A stretch of 64,000 nt of DNA, taken from the NCBI GenBank assembly GCA_051313645.2, contig JBNRSN020000029.1, positions 20,646,001-20,710,000 of the forward strand, read 5' to 3'. The stretch comes from Centroscyllium fabricii. Lineage: Eukaryota. Shown here piece after piece: positions 35,457 to 48,450 of this stretch; positions within the stretch are counted from its first letter, which is position 1; the number at the start of each line of letters is the position of its first letter. Under the pieces are notes generated by a model, which did no database searches, was not told where the DNA came from, and saw only the letters and a program-made list of their open reading frames with translations. The position numbers were made by a program, and so were the translations under genes.

Positions 35457-38400
35457 GGCCCACAATTTAGACTTGGAGCCTTCCTGCGAGTGCAAGGCTC
35501 CAAGGTACACTTACCCTGCACTCCTGCCGTTTTGCAATTATGGGATGTGAAATCCCGAGTTGTAAAGCTGCTGCAAGCTCCAAGCGACATGCTGGTGCCA
35601 CTCAATGGCGCAGTTGGTGGGAGATATCGCACGGGACCACGTGATCTGCAGGCAGACAATCAATGGAAGCAATCCTCGAAATGATATTGGCTCAAAGGAT
35701 CAGGATAGTGAAACAGTTTGGGTGCAAATAAGAAATAATAAAGGGGAAAAAACACTGGTAGGCGTAGTCTATAGGCCTCCAAAGAGTTGTAACTCAGTTG
35801 GTCGAAGTATAAATCAGGAAATAGTTGGGGCTTGTAATAAGGGAACAGGTATAATTATGGGCGATTTTAACTTTCATATTGACTGGACTAACCAAGTTGG
35901 ACAGGGCAGCCTTGAGGAAGAGTTCATTGAGTGCATTAGGGATGGGTTCCTTGAACAATACGTAACTGAACCGACCAGGGGGCAAGCAATCTTAGATCTG
36001 GTCCTGTGTAATGAGACAGGATTAATCAAAAATGTCCCAGTAAAGGATCCCCTTGGAAAGAGTGACCATAACATGGTCGAATTCCAAATTCAATTAGAGA
36101 GTGAGAGGGTTGGATCTCAAACAAGGGTACTGAGCTTAATTAAAGGAGACTATGATGGTATGAGAGCAGAATTGATTAAGGTGGACTGGGAAAACAGATT
36201 AAAGGGTAAGACGGTACATTATCAGTGGCATGTATTCAAGGAGTTATTTTTCAACTTTCAAGAAAAATATATTGCACTGAGGAAAAAGGGGTGTAAAAGA
36301 AAAAAAAACAGCTTTCCGCGGCTAAGGAAAGTAATAAAGGAGAGTATCCGACTAAAAACAAGGTTATATAAGGTAGCTGCATCTATATAGAAGATAGGGA
36401 AGCTTTTAAAGGTCAGCAAAAATAACAAAAAGATTGATTAGGAAAGGAAAGATAGATTATGAAAGTAAATTAGGAAAAAATATAAAAACAGATAGCAAGA
36501 GTTTCTATAGTTACATAAAAAGGAAAAGGATGGCTAAAGTAAATGTTGGTCCTTTAGAGGATAAGACCGGGAAATTAATGGTAGGGAACATGGAGATGGC
36601 AAAAGCACTGGACAAATATTTTGCATCAGTCTTTACAGTAGAGGACACTCAAAATAGCCCAACATTGGATAAACAGGTGGCTCTAGGAGGGAAGGAGCTA
36701 ATTACGATTAAAGTCACTAAGCAGGTGGTACTCGGGAAAATTAAGGGACTTAAGGAGGATAAATCCACTGGACCTGATGGCTTACATCCTAGGGTCTTAA
36801 GGGAAGTGGCGGTAGGGATTGTGGATGCGTTGGTAATAATTTTTCAAAACTCTCTGGACTCGGCAAAGGTTACAGCAGATTGGAAAACTGCTTACGTAAT
36901 GCCTTTATTTAAAAAGGGTAATAGACAGAAGGCTGGAAATTATAGACCAGTTAGCCTAACATCAGCGGTTGGCAAAATGTTAGAATCCATTGTTAAGGAA
37001 ACAGTAACAGGGCATTTGGATAAACATCGTTGAATAGGACAAAGTCAGCATGGTTTTACAAAGGGGAAGTCATGTTTGACAAATTTGCTAGAGTTCTTTG
37101 AGTACATAAAATATAGGGTGGATAAAGGGGAAACGTCGGATGTTGTGTATTTGGACTTCCAAAAGGCATTTGACAAGGAGCCCCACAGAAGATTATTACT
37201 CAAGATAAATAATCACGGGGTTGGGGGAAATATTCTGGCATGGGTGGAGGAACCGCTTTGCAACAGAAAACAGAGATTTGGGATAAATTGTTCGTTCTCA
37301 GACTGGCAGTCAGTCACTAGTGGTGTACCGCAAGGGTCGGTGCTGGGACCCCAACTCTTTACAATCTATATTAATGATTTAGAAGAAGGGACCAAGTGCA
37401 ACATATCAAAGTTTGCGGATGACACAAAGATGGGAGGGAGGGTGATGAATGAGGAGGACATTATAAACATGCAAAAGGACATGTATAGGCTAAGTGAGTG
37501 GGCAGAGATTTGGCAGATGGAGTATAATACTGGAACATGTGAAGTTATGCACTTTGGCAGGAATCATTAGGTTAATTCTGGGGATGAGGGGGCTAACATA
37601 TGACGAGAGACTGACTAGATTGGGCCTCTACTCATTGGAGTTCAGAAGAATGAGAGGTGATCTTATTGAAACATATAAGATTGTAAAAGGGCTTGATCGG
37701 GTGGATGCAGTGAGGATGTTCCCAATGGTGGGTGGAACTAGGACTAGGGTGCATAATCTTAAAATAAGGGGCTGCCATTTCAAAACTGAGATGAGGAGAA
37801 ACGTCTTCACTCAGAGGGTGGTGGGGCTGTGGAATTTGCTGCCCCAGAGAGCTGTGGAAGTTACTACATTGAATAAATTTAAAACAGAGATAGACAGTTT
37901 CCTGGAAGTAAAGGGAATTAGGGGTTATGGTGAGCGGGCTGGTAATTGGACGACAGGCTATGTTTAGATCGGCCATGTCATTTCCTGGACCAGTTTTCGA
38001 TCCAGATGGGTCGGAGAGGAATTTCCCAGATTTTTTCTCCCAAATTGACCACTGGGTTTTTTATCTGGTTTTTTGCCTCTCCCGAGTGATCACATGGGTT
38101 TGGGCGGGATGGAGAGTGAAAATTATATTGAGGTTAGTATCAGATCAGCCATGCTCTTGTTAAATGGCGGAGCAGGCTCGAGGGGCCGGTTGGCCTACTC
38201 CTACACCTACTTCTTATGTTCTTATGCTCTTATTCGTAACTTACATGGAGAAATCTGTGTATGTTGTGAAAACAAAGAGCTTCAAAAACATATCAAAACA
38301 CAAAAATAAAATTTAAAAAACACAACATTTTTAACAATAATCTGACTAACATAACTTACCTATTTTGAAGAATAAATACACATTTAGTGAAAAAAATGAA

Positions 38401-38767
38401 GGTTTTAACTGGCCAAAAAGAATCATTAACTACCTTTAAAGTTTAAAGAAAATAAAAACCTGTTAAAACAATACGCAAATTCTATAAAATAAAGACTGAC
38501 CTGCAAAACGGGTGGTTACGGCTGAGATTTTTAAGTGTAACATCTTCCATACTTACCCTGATAAAAAACTCGGATAAAATCGGAAGTCCACAGCGCACCT
38601 CGTGGTGCGCAGGCATACGCGGTCCAGCCAGCTGCAGCTCGCGATCCCCCGCTGGACGCCATCGAATTACAGTTAGCAGCTGGAAACGGCGGCTACCTGC
38701 AATTCGGAGCTTTGCTGCGTGAGCAGCCGGCTCAAATAAATCCCACGATCATCGTGATTTTTGGCCC
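35457..38767 (+). mobile_element. MITE of the 28397 family split by a CR1 insertion
   Basis: Left part 35457-35677 (GCGAGTGCAAGGCTCC); right part 38229-38767 ending TTTTTGGCCC. Confidence 0.7.
35678..38228 (+). mobile_element. 5'-truncated CR1 (APE + RT, internal deletion), same family as 1-1345
   Basis: ORFs 35605..36390, 36434..37033, 37076..37570, 37494..37967; structured 3' UTR and TATGTTCT tail. Confidence 0.95.
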
Positions 38768-39076
38768 ATTATTTTGGCAGTAGCAGAAAACAGTCAATAG
38801 CAATTTGGCTGCAATGTTTTCATTTTCACCTTTTCTTTTCCTTGAGTTCAATTAAAACGCAAATCGGCGGGTATAAATGATCCGGTTTCAGCAGAAAATG
38901 AAGATTGGCCTAATTGGCCATTCTTAATATTGTTTGACGCTCAATTTCTCTTAATGCTCACCTCTGGAAATAACCAGAGAATTTGTCCGAAAGTACAGCC
39001 AGCATATTGATTTTGTTTTCCTTGTGTTTGTGACGAGCATTAGCCTGGAAGGTATCGGGAAACATAGATGTTTGAC

Positions 39077-39187
39077 CTGCCTCCTGGCTCAAGACGGGGA
39101 GTAATTTATCGTACTGCCTCCTGGCTCAGGTCGGGAAGTAATTATTGTAAAGCCCCCTGCCTCAAGACGGGAAGTTATTTATTGTAA
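39077..39187. repeat. Three tandem ~37-bp units
   Basis: CTGCCTCCTGGCTCAAGACGGGGAGTAATTTATCGTA and two variants. Confidence 0.8.
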
Positions 39188-39189
39188 TC

Positions 39190-39690
39190 AATTACTTCCT
39201 GTGTACATAATTTCAGGTATTCAGTAAAGGACAACCAATGATAATCTTGGAAAAAATTCCCTGTAAATTGCCAATTGGAACATGCATAGCAGGTGGTCCT
39301 GCTATGCAAAATCAAGCTGTTGGACCGTACACATATGGGTTGCATTTTTCGGGTTGGAAACCATATGGACTCCTTTTGCTCAATGTGTGTTAATTTCACC
39401 GCTCAATGCTCTGACCAGCAGGCACGTTGGACTGGCCAATGGAATGCGGAGGGTTAACTGAGGAAACACGAATCGTGAGAATCACAATGACTCTGAAATG
39501 GCGAACCGAAGGATATCCATCATTTTAATTCTATACAAATCTTGCAATGTTATACTTTTCTGGAGGACAGCGTTCTTATATTGCATAGTATGCAATTTAC
39601 AAATTCTCAATCTTTACAGATCAATTAATTTGATCATCTCACCCTCGTAAGAGAAACTGGATATTAAGATTAGAAATTTGAGTTTCGGCA
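39190..39690 (+). pseudogene. Possible foamy-like env TM relic, heavily deleted; may continue relic F
   Basis: SML*PAGTLDW (TMLLERRIDW), EETRIVRI (DEMKVIKRI), ILRLEI (LLRLDI). Confidence 0.4.
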
Positions 39691-39779
39691 CAAACTGGTC
39701 AATCAAGATATCAATAAATTGGTCAGGTGGTCAGAACAGTGTTAAATGGTATTCAATCCAGACAAGTGTGAGGTGAGGT

Positions 39780-42700
39780 AGCTGGGTTCCGGTGATTCGT
39801 TGGGCAGCTTTGACTACTCGCTGCACGGCCTTCCGGTCCGAGATGGTGCAGTTTCCATACCAGACTGTGATGCAGTGTGTCAGTATGCTTTCAATTGTGC
39901 AGCGGTAGAAGTTGAAGAGTTTGCCGTTGACAGCTTGGCTTTTTTCAGCTTCCTTAAGAATTACAGGCGCTGTTGGGTCTTCTTGATCAGAGAGGATGTG
40001 CTTAGTAACCAGGAGAGGTCTTCCGACAGGTGGACCCCGAGAAACTTCAAGCTGGACACTCTTTCCACCTCAGCCCCTGGGATGAAGATGGGGGTGTGTT
40101 TTCTGCTTTGAGTCTTCTAGAAGTCTACTATGATCTCATTGGTTTTCTTGGTGTTCTGTGCCAGGTTACTGTCGGCACACCATCCCACAAGGCACTGGAG
40201 CTAATCCCTGTAGGCTGACTCATCGTTGTTGGTGATCTGACCATCCACCGTGGTGTCGTCCGCAAACCTGATGATCGTGTTGGAGCCATGGACAGCCGCA
40301 CAGTCATGGAGTGAAGAGGGAGTGGAGGAGGGGACTCAGCACACAGCCTTTTGATGCCACCGTGTTCATTGTAAGTGGGGGGCGGAGGTGAGGTTGCCTA
40401 ACTTCACAGACTGTAGTCTGTTGGTTAGGAAGTCCAGGGTCCAGTTGCAGAGGGAGGTGTTCAGGCCGAAGGTGAGGATTTTGGTCGACAGTTTGCTGAG
40501 GACGATGGTGTTGAATGCTTTGCTGTAGCTAGAAGAAGAAGGAGGCATATGATAGAATGAGAAAGCAGGGTACGGCATGGGCGGTAAAGGAGTACAAAGA
40601 AGCAAGGAAAGAACTGATGAATGGGCTAAGGCATGCAAATGGAGGGCATGATAAGGCATTAGCGGGAAGGATAAAGGAGAACCCTAAGGCTTTCTATGCT
40701 TACGTTAGAAATAAAAGGTGACTAGGACAAGAGTAGGGCCGATCAAAGACGGCAAGGGAGAAATGTGCACGGAGTCAGAGGAAATTGGGGAAGCACTAAA
40801 TGAATATTTTGCGTCCGTGTTCACAAGGGAGAGGGGACTAAAAGTAGAGGAGCAGTGCAAGATACAAGGGGAAAGGATGGTGGAAGTAAATATTCAGAGG
40901 GAGGAGGTATTAGATATTTTGGAGAAACTGAAGGTAGACAAATCTCCTGGGCCGGACGGGATATATCCAAGGATTCTCTGGGAAGCAAGGAACGAAATTG
41001 CAGAGCCACTGACCTCTATCTTTAGTTCCTCGATATCTTCGGGGATAAACCCTGAGCACTGGAGAGAGGCGAATGTGGTTCCCATATATAAAAAGGGGTG
41101 CAGGGACGAGCCAGGGAACTACAGACCAGTCAGCCTTACCTCGGTGGTCGGAAAGGTGATGGAAAGGGTCCTGAGGGACATGATCTACGACCATCTAGAA
41201 AGGGGCAAATTAATCAGGAGCAGTCAGCACGGATTCGTTAAGGGCAAATCCTGCCTGAACAACCTGATAGAATTCTTTGAGGAGGTGACCAAGTACGTGG
41301 AGAAGGAAAAGGCGGTTGATGTCATAGATATGGACTTCAGCAAGGCGTTCGACAAGGTCCCGCACGGTCGACTCATGAAGAAAGTAAGGAGTTGCAGGGT
41401 AAACAAATAAGTAGTGGGATGGATTGAGAACATGCTGTCTCAGAGAAAGCAGAGGGTACTGGTAGAGGGCCAATAATCGGGTTGGAGACCGGTCACCAGT
41501 GGTGTGCCACAGGGGTCGGTTTTGGGGCCACTACTATTTGTGATCTTTATCAATGACTTGGAGGAGGGGACTAATGGGTGGGTCAGCAAATTTGCAGATG
41601 ACACAAAGATTGGCGGAGTCGTGGACGATAAGGAAGGAAGTAGAAGGCTTCAGAGGGATATAGATAGGATGCAGAGCTGGGCTGAATAATGGCAAATGGA
41701 GTTCAACACGGGGAAATGCGAGGTGATACACTTCGGTAGGGCAAACAGGAGTAGGAAATATAGTGTCAACGGCAGGGTCCTGAGCGAAGCAGAGGAGCAA
41801 AGTGATCTGGGAGTATATGTACGCAGATCATTGAAGGCTGCCACCCAGGTGGATAAGGCAGTAAAACATGCCTATGGTGTATTTGCCTTCATCAACAGGG
41901 GAATAGAGTTTAAGAACTGGGATGTCATGCTACAGCTGTAGAGGTCACTGGTGAGACCACACTTGGAGTACTGTGTGCAGTTCTGGGCACCGTACTACAG
42001 GAGGGATGTGGTGGCGTTGGAGAGGGTACAGAGGAGATTCACCAGGATGCTGCCGGGAATGGGGGGAAAGTCGTACGAGGAGAGGTTGAGGGAGCTGGGA
42101 CTCTTCTCCCTGGAGCGGAGAAGGAAGAGGGGGGACTTAATAGAGATGTTTAAGATGATGAAGGGGATCAATGGAGTAAACGTGCAGACTGTTTCCCCGG
42201 GTGGGAAGAACGACAACAAGAGGGCACGAACACAAGATTCAAGGAGGAAGATTCAGCAGGGATGGCAGGGGCAAGTTATTTACACAGAGAGTGGTCGGAG
42301 AGTGGAATAGGCTACCATCTGAAATAGTGGATGCGGACAGTCTGGGAGCTTTAAAAAAGATGATAGATAGGTACATGGAGGGGAAGGAAGAGTAGGGGGG
42401 ACAGGAACAATCTGAGACGGACTACACTGAGGGCCCAAGGGCCTGTACAGTGCTGTATAATCTATGTTCTATGTTCTATGTAGTCAATAAACAGCATTCT
42501 GATATACTTATATTTGCTATCCAGGTGGTTTAGTTCAGAATGAAGAGCCGAAGTGATTGCACCTTCCGTTGATCTGTTTTCTCGATAGGCGAACTGGTAA
42601 TCGTCCAGGTCGGCGGGGACAATTGCTTTGATATGGGCTAGGAAGAGCCGCTCGAAACATTTCATGATTATAAGTATGAGAGCAAAAGGGCGGTAGTCGT

Positions 42701-43085
42701 TCATGCATGTCACGGCCGTTTTCTTGGGCACAGGGATGATGGTGGCGGTCTTGAAGCAGGTAGGGACAGCTGCCTTCGCCAGTGACAATGTTGAAGATGT
42801 CGGTGAAGACTCCAGCCAGCTGGTCAGCACAGTCGTTGTGTGCCCGGCCGGGGATGCCGTCGGGTCCGTGGCCTTCCATGCGTTCACTCCAGGTAGAGGA
42901 CCTCTTACGTCGGAGGAGGACAGTATTAGTGACTGATCTTCCGGAGATTGCAAGACTTTGGTGTCTGGCTCCCTGTTGTCCATCTCCAAGCGAGCATAGA
43001 AGATTTTGAGTTCCTCTGGTAGGGAGGCATCGCTGGTCGGAGGCCAGGTGTTTTTGCACTTTTAGTCCGTGATGGACTGTATGCC
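39780..43085 (-). mobile_element. Rex1/Babar-type LINE RT fragment, split by CR1 40533-42480
   Basis: VPTCFKTATIIPVPKK..NDYRP..MKCFERL..QFAYRENRST..RMLFIDY (42462..42989) resumes as YSKAFNTIV..LCNWTLDFLTNR (40366..40659). Confidence 0.9.
40533..42480 (+). mobile_element. 5'-truncated CR1 of a second, purine-rich family
   Basis: RT ORFs 40718..41410, 41504..41689, 41696..41941, 41951..42310; CTATGTT tail. Confidence 0.95.
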
Positions 43086-43859
43086 TTGCCACTAAATGTT
43101 AGGACACTGCGCAGAGTAGAGGAACAGAAGGACCTTGGAGTGCATGTCCACAGATCCCTGAAGCTAGCATGCCAAGTACATAAGGTGGTTCAGAAGGTAT
43201 ACGGAATGCTTGCCATTATTAGCCATGGCATAGATTACAAGAGCAGCTGGGTTATTCTTCAAATTTCTAAGACACTATAGGTAGGGCTCAGCTACAGTGC
43301 TGCGTGCAGTTCTGGTCACCACATTACAGGAATGATGTGATTGAACTAGACAGGGTACAGAGGAGATTTGCAAGGATGATGCCAGAAGTAGAGAATCTTA
43401 GCAATGGGGAAAGACTGGATAGGCTTGGAAAAGAGGAGGCTGAGCGGAGAGATAATTGAGGTGTATAAAATGGAGAGGAATAGATAAAGTCGATAAAGAA
43501 GACCTATTTCCCTTAGCAGAGCGGCCAAAAAAGCGGGGCACAGATGTAAAGTAATTGATGGAATGTTTAGAGGGGATTTGACGGAAAATGTCTTCACCAG
43601 AGAGATGTGTGGGTGTGGAACTCGCTGCCTGAAAGGGAGGTCGAGGAAGGAACCCTAACCACATTTAAATAGTACTTCGATGTGCACTTGGGATGCTCTA
43701 AACTGCAGCACTACGGAGCAAGAGCTTGGAAGTGGGATTAGGCTGGATAGCTCTTTGTCAGCCAGCGCAGACATGATGGGTGGAAAAGGCTTCCTGCCAT
43801 GCTGTAACTTTCTTTGATTCTACGAGTTATCAGTGTCCCAGTATAAATTCAGTGAAGTC

Positions 43860-45800
43860 TATGATTAATCGCCCCTGATTGCCATGATTAAGTCAATGAA
43901 ATAACTAATCCCTTCAAGAAATAAATAAATTTTACCAATTCAAGCAGAAGATAGGCTCTGTCATGGAACTATTGTGCACAACCTCAAGGCTCACGTGGCA
44001 TGGAAAATAATACTTAATCTGTTCCAAGCTTATTTTTTGCACAATGCTTTACAGGAACTATCCTTTTTCGTATACTCAAATTTGATTATCCCGTCCGTAA
44101 ATGGAAAACCTATTTGCATAATTTTAACTTTTTTGGGTGCGTGAACAGCAACACGTATCAATACACCTTGTTTATGCAAATAGGTGATGAGCAGGATTAG
44201 TGGTTTTACAACAGAGACAGGAGCAATTGCACATACTTTCGAATGTATCTTCCATGGCTCCCGCCTCGAGCACTCTGTCTTGCAACCTGAGATGGGAACT
44301 GAGTTGGTTAAAACCGCGCTTCTGAGCGGTTAATTCTTGCTCCACCGTGTCGCTGGACTCTGAAATTTGATGAGAATCCTCTGTCATCTGTTGAAAACAA
44401 ATACATCTTAACTTTAACAAAACGTGAGGCAGTCAACTTGACTCCTAAAATTATAAAATAACTCTAATACAGTGTGTTGTCTTTACATTCAGCATTGCAA
44501 CTAAGCAAAATATTGATCAGTACATATTCAAGTTCAATGACTTGAGAGAATAGAAGGATGGGGTTAATTATTTCTTGGCTGAGCAAACTTTGAGAAGCGA
44601 CCTTCAGGTTGGAATCAACTATCACAACAGCAGCTTCAGACTGGCTGGAAGAAAATTTAATACACTAGTGATTCGAAAAGTTTTGGAACAGGACATCATC
44701 TTGCAAATGTAAATGTGTAAATTTACACAACTCATCCTTATTTTTTGTTTAGGTCCTGTGCTGCAATCAACGTAATACAAAATAAAACTCGAGCAAAGAT
44801 GCAGTTAAAGTCACAGACATGATTGATCCAATCAAGTAAATAATTATTGTCAAATACATTTCAGCTAAAATTAGTCTAGATTAATGTAAATTTACTTGAA
44901 ACTGTATATGGAAAATTCTCAAACATTAACGGTGAAGGCACAGAGCTTTCCCAGTCTTTAGCATTGTTACTTCAAGTGAAAATCTACGTTGTTCGACTCA
45001 CACATTTCCTTCCTACAGCGCCCTCCCCCGTGTTTTGCATTTCATAACATTCTGTGACGAAATCACCTACACCACATTCTTCGCAATCGATGGAGTTTGG
45101 TTTTAAGCTGCTTAGTTGATTACCTCGCGTTTACAATGACTGTGAAAGAGCCGAAAACCATTTAAAAAACTCAAATAATATTTGAGTTTGTAATAGCTCT
45201 CATTGTCTCTTCTCGTCCCCTTTTCTCTCACAGCACTCCTCTATTCTTCACGGCTGTTTTATCAGTCTCCAAAAAAAAGGGAGCTACCCGAAACGTTGAC
45301 TACAATATCTCCCTTATGGCTGTTGCCTGAACTGCTCAGTTTTTCCAGCATTTTCTGGTGTTATTTCGGATTTCCGGCATCTGCAGTATTTTTTTGTCTT
45401 CAAATAATATTTACATGCTTTAGTTTCAGCTTCCTCATTAAACCTAGTAAGTAAAACAATGATGAACATTAGGAGCAGTTGAATGTCTTGCTATCCAGAA
45501 ATATCGTGTAGTAAAAAGGATGATGTGAGTTTAACCATCGATTATAAATCGATATTGTTAAATTACTCCCTGCATTATAATGCATATGTTGGGAATTTAC
45601 TTCATCACACGGCATGTGTAAAGGAGGATGGACTTCAGCTGCAGTATAAATCGCTAATATACGTTAGTCTTTGCCAATCTGTGTGCAATACAGCATCCGT
45701 ATTGGAGAAAAGAGAATATGTTTTAAGGACACCAACAACTTGCATTTACTTAGCGCTTTTAATGCAGATAAATAGTCCGAGACGCTTGATAGATTTTTAA
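43860..45800 (+). pseudogene. Foamy-like env relic G (C-terminal SU through TM end), with a SINE at 45262-45400
   Basis: YCAQPQG..SLFFAQC (ICSKPES..SLWEGDC), TKREAVN ~44417 (RKRRSVD), SALQLSKI (GAVQTLSQI), AEQTLRSDL (AVQHLHTHL), SDWLEENL (STWLQQQL), FQLPH (LRLPH), KSILLNYSLH (KAELLRLDIH), KE/WTSAA (KDVWPAAA). Confidence 0.75.
45262..45400 (+). mobile_element. Penelope-associated short repeat with decayed hammerhead
   Basis: GGG..CCCGAAACGTTGACT followed by the family body TTTTCCAGCATTTTCTG..GCATCTGCAGTA. Confidence 0.7.
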
Positions 45801-46249
45801 AGAAAAATGATAACCAGGAGCAAACAGAATGAGATTTTCACAGGAGAGTCTGAAAGCTTCCTCGATGTGGTGGGCATCAAGAAGAGGGAATGAAGGGATT
45901 GAGAGAGGCCATTCAGGAGTGTGGTCTGCGGGCGACCTGAGGCAATGGAAAGTTAAATCATGCGGGCTGCAAAACGGGTGACCCAACCGGTTTCTGCTGA
46001 ACCAGGCAGGTTAACTTCAGGACCGGGCTGTAGTAATACAATCTAACGAAATTGAGTTACCTCCATGTTACACCGAAACTTTCATTGACATATATTGTGC
46101 AGATTGATTGAATACATTAATATAATTATCAGTATTAGCAAATTAACACTCTAAATAACAAGTCAGCCGCTGTAGAGTTTTACAGCTTAATAATAATATT
46201 ATAAGAACTCACTTTGTCCTGTTGTGAAAGAGAATAAGGACGTAAATTG

Positions 46250-46545
46250 ATTGGACATGTTTCTGGTTGGAGCGAATGTCACTTGTTACAAAAGGTAGGT
46301 ACCTCGGGAAATCCAGGGTCAGAACGAATAACTGAACTAGATTCGATCGCCTAGAAGAGTCGCAGAGGAAATTCCCAGATTATTTCTCCCAAATTCGCCT
46401 GTATTTGTTTAGCTGTTTTTTCGTCTGTACCATTAAAGGACATTGTTCTGGATGGAGATATACACGAGTTATCACAATCGTGTGGGATAGTCCACATGGA
46501 CCTCAAGGTCTTCACCTGCCCATCATTGTTCGTTTGTCAACGTGG
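46250..46545 (+). mobile_element. Old CR1 3' end of another family with the structured UTR module
   Basis: TTCGATCGCC..GTCGCAGAGGAAATTCCCAGA module plus GTTCGT-type tail. Confidence 0.6.
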
Positions 46546-46639
46546 ACGTAACAGCATTCCTCCCTGTTTAAAAAACTCGCAATGCAGACAGATGTATAGA
46601 AGGTTTGGAGACGCATCTTAAGTTACTGGACACACTTAT

Positions 46640-48450
46640 GATACCGGGATATATTGAAGATGGTTCAATTCCCAAATCAAGAAGTCTTTGGAAATTTTGG
46701 ATTGCATGCTGTTGAAGATGAACCCCTGGGCCAAGAGCTCTCAGTAACTTTTCGGTTGAGCATTGAGGCAAGTAAAATATCCCTTACTAGATCCTACCGC
46801 TCACAGCACCCATATCAGCCAATAGTGCCCAGCGCCGTACTGACAGTGTGGAGATGGGCCTACACCTGACTAAAGAGAATATTTGGCATGTTAGCACTGT
46901 GCTTACTGTGGCCTGGAAATAAACAGCTGGAGGCACTTAGTAAATGAAGACGTGGCACAAGATGTACAAGTCAGGCTACAACAATATAATCACACACCAG
47001 CAGCAATAATAATGTAAAAATCAAACAAAGGGACTCGGTCCACTGGTATTCCTTCAGTTAGTTTTTGCTAATGTTCCACACATAGCTCCATCACTGCATA
47101 TATTACTGACAGAATAAACTGACAGAATAAACATGTCGTGTCAGGAGGGTGATGTGCAGTAAATGGTAACAAAAGAGGATGAGTTGAAAAACATGCAGAT
47201 TTATGGAAGATTGTCCGCAAAGACAAAGCAAAATGGCGGGGGAGAAATTCAACTTCAGAGGGGGCAAAATAAGTGTGGAAGAGGTTCGGCCGCCAGTTAT
47301 GCACCCCGCTTGTACCACCCATTTGTGCCAACCACAATGGAAAATAGCCGCTAAAAACTTCTGAAATAATGAAGCAGCCTTTGCCAGCCTACGGTGGGAC
47401 CTGCATGACATTCAGACATACGAGAGAAAAGGGCAGGCAACATATGTGCCACATACGTGAATCAAGGAAATGACCAGCCACCCTCTGCTGACCTTCAGTA
47501 ATGTGTCCATCACTGAGTCCTCCTTCATACACAGCCAGGGTGTTAGCGTTGATCAGACGATGAAGGCGCTATAGATGTGTATAAGAACAGCTCAATCTGC
47601 TGTATCGGATTCATGGACAGCAATACATAATCGAAATGCTCTTCTAATACATTTAACTCTCCGCCTTTAACCCCTGAAGTGTCCAACCACAAGTGGCACA
47701 CGGGCCCTGGACTTTGGTGCAGGAAGTGGTGCAAAGCTGGTGACAGTAATTCGGCACGTTTCACGCTGCATTGTTTCATTTCCCACCGAATTCAATGGGA
47801 AATTAAATCAGGCGGAGCAAAGTGCTACTGATTTGCTATCACCTGTTCTGCGCTGCCGCTCAGGACGAATTCCAGCCCAGTCACTGTAATAGAAAAGCAA
47901 AATACTGCGGATGCTGGAAATCTGAAATAAAATCATAAAATGCTTGAAATACTCAGAAATTGAGGCAGCATCTGTGTAGCGAGAAATAGAGATAAAGTTT
48001 CAAGTCGATGACCCTTCGTCAGAACGGGTCATAGACTTGCCTTAGGATCCCGCTCATTTCCGCGGTGGCAGCATTCCTGCTACATTCGGGCAAGAGTAGC
48101 TGCAATATTACAGGCATTAATTTTACCAAAGATAAAAGCAGGCATTGCTCATGCACAATTTTACACTAGGCATTTCCAGCAACATCTCTCACTCCACAAT
48201 TTTGACGGAGAAATGTTGGTAACATTATGTCCATGATACCTCATGGTGCTGAAACACTGTGCCGCAGATTGGAAGAAGAAGCAATGAAAAACACTGAGAA
48301 AGAATGCAATAAGTGCTCACATTGTACAGGCGCACCCATTTCATCAAATACTACAATAAATCATTGAAAATGTGTGACGTGCTTTGCTTGTGAGCCTTGT
48401 CCAGCAAGGTTCTACACCAATAAAGCACAAAGACACTCCCTAAAATAGTT
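46640..48450 (+). pseudogene. Foamy-like gag relic H (N-terminal domain ~46640-46950; capsid ~48060-48450), interrupted by repeats
   Basis: QEVFG..LHAVEDEPLGQ (GEVIG..LQDDDNEPLQR); VAAILQALI..GIAHA (LGNVIKGIV..GVATA), TLGI (TLGM), LCRRLEEE (LQQRLDQE). Confidence 0.55.
47892..48025 (-). mobile_element. Penelope-associated short repeat with recognisable hammerhead core
   Basis: Minus strand reads GTT CTGACGA AGGGTC ATC GACTT GAAAC (core at 48022-48016); helix III and stem I mutated. Confidence 0.75.

Larger units (their letters stand above)
39700..43820 (+). mobile_element. Old CR1 3' fragment (39700-39780 and 43090-43820) hosting nested insertions
   Basis: QDINKLVRW..DKCEV before the insert; EEQKDLGVHVHRSLK after it. 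Confidence 0.75.

Noticed and set aside
44172-44420. Minus-strand ORF as foamy integrase C-terminus (LQDRV vs VQERV)
   Set aside because: The opposite strand is continuous with env relic G on both sides
46560-46920. Second Harbinger transposase relic (KVWRRILSY, KRIFGML)
   Set aside because: No DDE motif; Gag N-terminal motifs plus downstream capsid motifs explain it better, though both readings are weak
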